Below are positions 45,906-51,372 of a stretch of 51,372 bases of DNA, one piece after another; the stretch's first letter is position 1, and each line of letters starts with the position of its first letter. A program made the translations under genes and the position numbers. The notes beneath the pieces are model-generated. The model was not told where the DNA came from and did not search any database. It was given only the letters and a program-made list of their open reading frames with translations. Source of the stretch: Gemmatimonadales bacterium (GTDB lineage Bacteria > Gemmatimonadota > Gemmatimonadetes > Gemmatimonadales > GWC2-71-9); the NCBI GenBank assembly GCA_038321865.1, contig JBBQFH010000022.1, positions 1-51,372 on the forward strand, read 5' to 3'.

Positions 45906-47260
45906 GCGCCGGTCGCCTGCGAAACGGCGGCGAGCGGCAGGACGAGCGCGTAGGTGTTCCGACCGCCATTCCGCGTGTGTACCACATCTCCTCCGTGTTG
46001 TTCGGCGATCCAGCGCACAATTGCGAGTCCAAAGCCACGCGACTCTTCGGTCGCGGCTGCGGCGGCCGTCGGTGGCGGCGGCCCCTCGCTGGACACCGCC
46101 AGCAGCCCGGAGCGGCCGTCGCCGAACGTTGAAACTGCCACGGCCGCGCCCGGAGCGCTGTGACGTAGCGCATTTTCGAGCAGCTCAAGCACTGCCTCCA
46201 GCAGCAGGGGCCCGCTGCCCTGCACCGCAACGGTTTCGACCCTTTCCAGGCCGAGCCCATGTCGGAGACTCTGCGCCCGCTCACGCATGAGGTCGGTGGC
46301 TTCCAGCGCCAAGCCATCCAGATCTACCGCGGATGTGAGCACGATGGGCTCGCCGGCCTCGGCCTGCGCAAAAAGAAACAGCTCATCCACGCGGTGGCGC
46401 ATCTGCTGCGCTGCACGGTGGATTCGGTCCAGCGTTGCGCGCTCCGCCCGCCTGTCCACAGACCGGTCCAGGGCGAGCTCGGACTCGCCCAGGACCAGGG
46501 TGAGCGGTGTCCGGATCTGGTGAGCGGCTCGTTTCAGAAAGAGCTGACTCCGGGCCTGCGACTGTTCGAGACGCTCGAGCAACTGGTTGAATTGTGATGC
46601 GAGCCGGCCGATTTCATCCGGCGGCTCGCTGACCGTGAGGCGCTGATCCAGGGTGTTGGGCCGGATCGCGGCCACAGCCCGGCCGAGCTCCTCGATAGGC
46701 CGCAGCGCGCGGTGCGAGATCAGATACCCGGCGATGAGCGAGAGGAAGCCGACCAATGGTGAGCTGATCGCCAGCCACCAGGCTAGGGCTTCGTCATCCT
46801 CCGACAGCCGCTCGGTCGATCCGATGGCAACCGCCATGAAGGCAGGGCGCCCGGCGACGGGGACCGACACCAGCCGGGCAGAGGCTTCATCCCCCATGGG
46901 GAGGTCACGCGGCAGCGGCTCCGCCATCCTCCGCGGGGCGAAATGCGCCAGCGCAGCGGCACCGCCGGCAGCGAGGAGATTTCCGCTGCTGTCGTAGATC
47001 GCGACCGCTTCGGGTCCGGCCGGCCACTCCGCCGTCGCGTTACCAGCGGCGGCGGAGAGGCCCTCACCTGGCGTCTCGGCGTATTCGCGCCGGGCGGCGA
47101 TGACCAGCTGGCTGGCGACCGCAATCAGATCACGGGTCAGACGCCGATTGGATTGGTCCCGGAGGTACCAGTAGAGCGAGAGATCGAGGATCGCGAGACC
47201 CGCAAGGAAAATGACGGCGAACCAGGTGGCCAGGCCGAGACGGACACGGCTAAGCGCCAC
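45902..47260 (-). CDS. Membrane sensor histidine kinase (HAMP-HisKA-HATPase) with degenerate catalytic motifs
   Basis: Two TMs, HAMP (DEIGRLASQFNQLLERL), H-box AAHQIRTPL, N-box LLENALRH, G2 GFGLAIV, HGG. Confidence 0.88.
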   Translation of the reverse strand: MALSRVRLGLATWFAVIFLAGLAILDLSLYWYLRDQSNRRLTRDLIAVASQLVIAARREYAETPGEGLSAAAGNATAEWPAGPEAVAIYDSSGNLLAAGGAAALAHFAPRRMAEPLPRDLPMGDEASARLVSVPVAGRPAFMAVAIGSTERLSEDDEALAWWLAISSPLVGFLSLIAGYLISHRALRPIEELGRAVAAIRPNTLDQRLTVSEPPDEIGRLASQFNQLLERLEQSQARSQLFLKRAAHQIRTPLTLVLGESELALDRSVDRRAERATLDRIHRAAQQMRHRVDELFLFAQAEAGEPIVLTSAVDLDGLALEATDLMRERAQSLRHGLGLERVETVAVQGSGPLLLEAVLELLENALRHSAPGAAVAVSTFGDGRSGLLAVSSEGPPPPTAAAAATEESRGFGLAIVRWIAEQHGGDVVHTRNGGRNTYALVLPLAAVSQATGA

Positions 47261-47939
47261 TGGCCGGCGCCTCCGCCGACAGGAGATAGCCGGTGCCGCG
47301 GATTGTGTGCAGCAACCGCGGCTCACCCTGGCCGTCGACCTTGCGGCGGACCCGGCCTACCAGCACGTCCACGGCATTCGCCACGGGGTCAAAGTTGTCG
47401 TCCCAGACGTGTTCGAGGATTTGACCGCGGGTGACAACGCGATCGGGATTGCGGAGGAGATATTCGAGCAGCGCATACTCCCGGGCGGTGAGCGGAATTT
47501 TTCGGCTGGCACGGCGGGCGCCGCGCGTGGCCGGCTCCAGCTCGAGAGTTCCGAGGCGGAGTGTGACACCCACCGCCGTCGGTGGGCGCCGCAGCAGCGC
47601 CCGCAATCGGGCGAGCAGCTCGGCCACCGCGAACGGTTTGGTCAGATAGTCGTCGGCGCCGGCGTCGAGTCCGGCTATCCGATCCGTCAGTCCGCCGCGT
47701 GCGGTCAGCATGAGAACGGGGGTCCGCCCGCCGCGCTCGCGCCATTGACGGCAAACGTCCCGGCCGTCCATGTCCGGGAGGCCAAGATCCAGCACGACGA
47801 GATCGTAGTCGGTGGTTGCGAGCGCCACGAGGGCCGCGTGACCGGTCCGCACCACGTCGGCGGCCCAGGCGGCCGCCTGCAGGGCCCGGCCGAGGAACTC
47901 CGCGAGCTCGGGCTCGTCCTCGACCAGGAGTACTCGCAC
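47250..47939 (-). CDS. OmpR/PhoB-family response regulator (CusR-like)
   Basis: LLVEDE, LDLGLP, MLTAR, GADDYLTKPF, WDDNFD..NAVDVLVGRVRRK, TIRG.GY. Confidence 0.95.
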   Translation of the reverse strand: MRVLLVEDEPELAEFLGRALQAAAWAADVVRTGHAALVALATTDYDLVVLDLGLPDMDGRDVCRQWRERGGRTPVLMLTARGGLTDRIAGLDAGADDYLTKPFAVAELLARLRALLRRPPTAVGVTLRLGTLELEPATRGARRASRKIPLTAREYALLEYLLRNPDRVVTRGQILEHVWDDNFDPVANAVDVLVGRVRRKVDGQGEPRLLHTIRGTGYLLSAEAPASGA

Positions 47940-47948
47940 TGCGGACGA

Positions 47949-48338
47949 CTAGCGGGCCGGCCGCCGCCGTGCGGCAGCGATCGAATCGGCGCGGTGCTCG
48001 CGGGCCTCAGCAGCGGGACCCTCGTGCTCGACCCCGATCACGGCGCCAGTCAGGGCGTTGACGTTGACCTCGTCAATGCCCGCCTTCCCCGGCACCTTCA
48101 TGTCGAACGAGTAGATGAGCTTGCCATGCTCCATCTCGATCTCGCGTGCGGCGACCTGACCGCGGGGCACCCGCGCCTGCGCGATGCGCGTGGCCGAGTC
48201 GGCCGTGATCCGGGCCTGGGCCGCGAGGCCCGGCTTGTCTTCCTTGAGTGTCGGCAGCGGGCGCTGCGCCGCGAGCGTGCCGGCGGCGAGCACCGTCAGC
48301 ACCGGACAGGCGATGAGGCTGAGGCGAAACAAACGCAT
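47949..48338 (-). CDS. Exported PepSY-domain protein
   Basis: Signal peptide; IT...A..IA.ARVP.G.V...EIE.E.GKLIYSFD....EV.VNALTG.VI. Confidence 0.85.
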   Translation of the reverse strand: MRLFRLSLIACPVLTVLAAGTLAAQRPLPTLKEDKPGLAAQARITADSATRIAQARVPRGQVAAREIEMEHGKLIYSFDMKVPGKAGIDEVNVNALTGAVIGVEHEGPAAEAREHRADSIAAARRRPAR

Positions 48339-48388
48339 GAGATGGGCTCCACGATGATAAGGATACGGCTGACGAGTCAGAGCGCTGA

Positions 48389-48434
48389 ATGGTAGCCCGG
48401 GCGGATGACGGGAGCGTGACAGCCTGCCTGACCC
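48389..48434 (-). promoter_or_regulatory. Pho-box-like OmpR-family binding repeats with -10 element
   Basis: Minus strand GGGTCAG-N5-CTGTCAC-N4-CCGTCAT - 10 nt - TACCAT. Confidence 0.65.
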
Positions 48435-48453
48435 AGGGGCGTTCTGCGCGGCG

Positions 48454-48825
48454 TCACGATTTGCCGATGAGGGACTGGACCCGCTCCAGCAGCGCCTCGA
48501 GGGGGAATGGCTTGGAGAGGAACTGGGTCGTCGGCGGGAGCCGTTCCGGCTCGGGAAAGGCAGACATCATCAGCAGCGGGATATCGCCATGCTGGCGCCG
48601 GACGGCAAGCGCGAACACCAACCCATCCATGGCCGGCATCCGGATATCGGTGATGATCACGCTGAAGGCGATGCTCCCGTCGAGCAGCTCGAGCGCTTCC
48701 AGGCCGTCGGTGGCCTCCACCACCCGGTAGCCGGCTCGCTCCAATCCTCGAGCGAGCACACTGCGCACGGCGGCTTCGTCCTCGACGAGGAGGATGGCGG
48801 CACGGCGTGGGGCGGCTGTCGGCAT
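48454..48825 (-). CDS. Single-domain response regulator receiver
   Basis: LLVEDE, ITDIRMP.MDG, MSAF, LSKPF. Confidence 0.92.
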   Translation of the reverse strand: MPTAAPRRAAILLVEDEAAVRSVLARGLERAGYRVVEATDGLEALELLDGSIAFSVIITDIRMPAMDGLVFALAVRRQHGDIPLLMMSAFPEPERLPPTTQFLSKPFPLEALLERVQSLIGKS

Positions 48826-49089
48826 GGTCCCGCAAGGTAGTTACGGCGGTGCCCGGCGCTAGGGAGTATCGCGGCGAGCCTCGTCACAGGCACCGGAAGA
48901 GCTGCGGAGCCTCCCCTCGGCGCACCGAATCCTGCCGCGAAGTCGCGCCTCCCCACCCGACCCGACCGCGGATACCTTTGGCGGAACCAGCCTCGGAGCC
49001 GTCCGGATGTCGCTGCTGCGCAATGGTGAAATTTATGTTCCCGAGCCGCTTCGCGGGGTGTTCACCGGCACCTTTGAGGAGGTGGCCCG

Positions 49090-49953
49090 GTGACGCCGCC
49101 GAAGCCATCGCCCCGCCCGCCCCGGAGCGGTCCCGACCGCGGCTACATCATTCCGGTCGGCGGGGCCGAGGAGAAGGTGGGCGACGTGGCGATCCTCCGC
49201 CGATTCACGGCGCTCTGCGGCGGCCCGAAGGCACGGATCGCGATCATCCCCACCGCGTCCGAGCTGACCGACACCGGGGAGCGGTACGTCGCGCTGTTCC
49301 GGAGCCTCGGTGCCGCTTCGGCGGTGTCGCTTCCGATCCAGACGCGCGCGGATGCGGACCGGCCCGATCTCGTGTCCGCCCTGGACGAGGTGGACGGCAT
49401 CTTCCTCACCGGCGGCAACCAGCTCCGGCTGTCTACCACCGTCGGCGGCACCAATGTCGCCCGCGCGATCCGCCGGCGCAACGCCGAGGGCGTCCACGTG
49501 GCCGGCACCTCGGCGGGCGCCGCTTTCCTGTCCGAGCACATGATCGCCTTCGGCAAGGAAGGGGCATCGCCGCGGGCCAAGATCGTGACACTCGCCCCCG
49601 GGCTCGGACTCACCAACCGCACGATCATCGACCAGCACTTCCGCCAGCGCGACCGTCTCGGCCGCCTGCTCACCGCGCTGGCATTCAATCCGTTCGCCAT
49701 CGGGATCGGGCTCGATGAGAACACCGCTGGGTTCGTGGCACCGGATGAGACGCTCGAAGTCGTCGGTGGTGGCGCGCTCACGATCGTGGACCCGTCGGAG
49801 CTCCAGTTTTCGTCGATGGCGCGCGTCCGCAAGAATGACCCGGTCTGCCTCATCGGCCTCCGACTCCACATTCTGGATCACGGGGCGACGTTCAATCTCC
49901 ATACCCGCGTCGCCGCCGCCGCACCGGAAATCGCCGTCCGCGTTCAGCCCTGA
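49090..49953 (+). CDS. cphB: Cyanophycinase (peptidase S51)
   Basis: GGAEEK, IPTAS, FLTGGNQLRL, GTSAG nucleophile, IDQHFRQRDRLGRL, GLDENT; GAGGAGG RBS. Confidence 0.93.
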   Translation: MTPPKPSPRPPRSGPDRGYIIPVGGAEEKVGDVAILRRFTALCGGPKARIAIIPTASELTDTGERYVALFRSLGAASAVSLPIQTRADADRPDLVSALDEVDGIFLTGGNQLRLSTTVGGTNVARAIRRRNAEGVHVAGTSAGAAFLSEHMIAFGKEGASPRAKIVTLAPGLGLTNRTIIDQHFRQRDRLGRLLTALAFNPFAIGIGLDENTAGFVAPDETLEVVGGGALTIVDPSELQFSSMARVRKNDPVCLIGLRLHILDHGATFNLHTRVAAAAPEIAVRVQP

Positions 49954-49962
49954 GGAAGTCGC

Positions 49963-51372
49963 ATGAAGATCCTCGAGCGATCCGTTTTCGTCGGCCCAAG
50001 CCTCTACGCCCACTTTCCTGTGATCCGACTCGATGTGGATTTGGGCGCGCTCGAGGACTGGCCCTCGGCGAAGCTGGGGCCCGCCTTCGCCGACGGCCTG
50101 GTCGCAGCGCTGCCCGGGCTCCGGACCCACGGCTGCTCCTACGGAGTCCCCGGCGGCTTCATTCGCCGCCTGGTGGAGGACCGGGGCACGTGGATGGGGC
50201 ACATCCTCGAGCACGTCGCCATCGAGCTGCAGAACGTCGCGGGTCACCCGCTCACGTTCGGCAAGACGCGCTCGCTCGGTTCGCGTGGCCAGTACCTGGT
50301 GGTCTACCAGTATGAACAGGCCGAGGTCGGGATCGAGGCGGCTGATCTGGGTTTGACGCTGCTGCACAGCCTCCTGCCCGGCGAGCTCCGTCCCGTGGGC
50401 GCCGTGCCACCCGATTTCGACTTCGCCGCGGCCCGCGACGAGTTCATCCGGTACACCCACCGTCACGCACTGGGCCCCAGCACCGCCGCGCTGGTGCACG
50501 CCGCCGAGGAGCGCCGCATCCCCTGGATCCGGCTGGGGAGCAACAGCCTGATTCAGCTGGGCCACGGCCGCTACCAGCAGCGCATCCAGGCGACCGTGAC
50601 CAGCCATACGTCGCACATCGCCGTGGACCTCGCCTCCGACAAGGAGGAGACCAACAAGGTGCTCGCCCGGCTGGGGCTGCCGGTGCCGAAGCAGGAGCTG
50701 GTGCGCCGCGCCGAGGATGCGGTCTCGGCCGCGCAGCGGATCGGCTATCCGGTGGTGGTGAAGCCGTGGAACGCCAACCACGGCCGGGGCATCTCGATCG
50801 GGCTGACCGACGCCGCTCAGGTGGCGGTCGCGTTCGACGTCGCCGCCGAACACAGCCGGAGCGTGATCGTCGAGAATTTCGTGAACGGGTTCGACCACCG
50901 CATGCTGGTGATCAACGGCGAGCTCGTCGCCGTCTCCCAGCGGGTGCCGGGCCACGTGGTCGGGGACGGGGTGCGGAGCATCGCGCAGCTGGTGGACGAG
51001 GTGAACGCCGACCCGCGCCGGGGCATCGGCCACGAAAAGGTGCTCACCCGCCTCGAGTTCGACCATCAGGCCGAGCTGCTGCTGGCCAGCAAGGGGTACA
51101 CGCGGGAGACGGTGCCGGCCGGTGGCGAGCAGGTGTTCCTGCGGCTGACCGGCAATCTGTCGACCGGCGGAACCGCGACGGACATGACCGATCTCGTCCA
51201 CCCCGACAACGCCGACATGGCGATCCGGGCCATCGGCGCGATCGCGCTCGACGTGGGCGGCGTGGATTTCCTCACCACCGACATAACCCGGTCGTACAAG
51301 GAGGTCGGCGGCGCGATCTGCGAGGTCAATGCAGCCCCCGGCTTCCGCATGCACATGGCGCCGAGCGAAGGG
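49963..51372 (+). CDS. cphA: Cyanophycin synthetase (3'-truncated by window edge; not in the ORF track)
   Basis: Manual translation: MKILERSVFVGPSLY...HGCSYG.PGGF..R...GTWMGHILEHVAIELQ, LGPST, ATP-grasp PVVVKP..NHGRG, NLSTGG, EVNAAPGFRMH; frame open to the window end. Confidence 0.95.
   Translation, partial: MKILERSVFVGPSLYAHFPVIRLDVDLGALEDWPSAKLGPAFADGLVAALPGLRTHGCSYGVPGGFIRRLVEDRGTWMGHILEHVAIELQNVAGHPLTFGKTRSLGSRGQYLVVYQYEQAEVGIEAADLGLTLLHSLLPGELRPVGAVPPDFDFAAARDEFIRYTHRHALGPSTAALVHAAEERRIPWIRLGSNSLIQLGHGRYQQRIQATVTSHTSHIAVDLASDKEETNKVLARLGLPVPKQELVRRAEDAVSAAQRIGYPVVVKPWNANHGRGISIGLTDAAQVAVAFDVAAEHSRSVIVENFVNGFDHRMLVINGELVAVSQRVPGHVVGDGVRSIAQLVDEVNADPRRGIGHEKVLTRLEFDHQAELLLASKGYTRETVPAGGEQVFLRLTGNLSTGGTATDMTDLVHPDNADMAIRAIGAIALDVGGVDFLTTDITRSYKEVGGAICEVNAAPGFRMHMAPSEG

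Noticed and set aside
48826..49089. Long intergenic region before cphB as a candidate ncRNA, sigma54 promoter or CRP site (GGCGA-N6-TCACA at 48873-48888)
   Set aside because: No GG-N10-GC consensus or convincing structure was found, and the CRP-like site is not at a canonical distance from any -10.
49033..51354. 773-aa minus-strand ORF
   Set aside because: Antisense shadow of cphB-cphA, which carry unambiguous motifs on the plus strand.
1..51372. CRISPR arrays, tRNA/rRNA genes, IS elements, integrases, prophage or defence islands
   Set aside because: No regularly spaced repeats, tRNA-like folds or transposase/integrase/phage motifs were seen; intergenic gaps are nearly all short.

Overview
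A 51.4-kb stretch of high-GC, gene-dense bacterial chromosome. The gene repertoire suggests Gemmatimonadota, but this is inference. About 57 CDSs were found; no rRNA, tRNA, CRISPR array, transposase, integrase or phage gene was seen. Contents in order: (1) a 5'-truncated M28/PDZ peptidase, a GAF (fRMsr-like) protein and a hydrolase; (2) a tightly coupled operon of hypothetical protein, PolX-PHP with altered polymerase carboxylates, nth, methyltransferase, YyaL-type protein, cyclophilin and a small protein with no canonical start codon; (3) a FadL-like porin plus SGNH lipoprotein, with a near-consensus sigma70 promoter and an intrinsic terminator; (4) an HD hydrolase and a cardiolipin synthase-like PLD; (5) ECF sigma / membrane anti-sigma / Spy-like protein / TolC / MacAB-type exporter; (6) cytochrome b plus a Tat-exported sulfite-oxidase-family molybdoenzyme; (7) fabH, yggX, TetR, and a second ECF module (sigma / ZAS anti-sigma / protease-less PDZ protein); (8) rubrerythrin-VIT1, leuS, an orphan MCP, an M48 protease and RidA/DinB/DCC genes; (9) PepSY-RR-HK-TolC-MFP-RND; (10) cphB and a 3'-truncated cphA. 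The most novel-looking signals are regulatory or catalytic: two CRP/FNR-like sites centred exactly at -41.5, a Pho-box-like repeat 10 nt above a -10 element, three AAC-N17-CGT ECF-like promoters, many probable leaderless starts, a probably polymerase-dead PolX and a degenerate histidine kinase. All family calls come from recognising motifs by eye, not from database searches.
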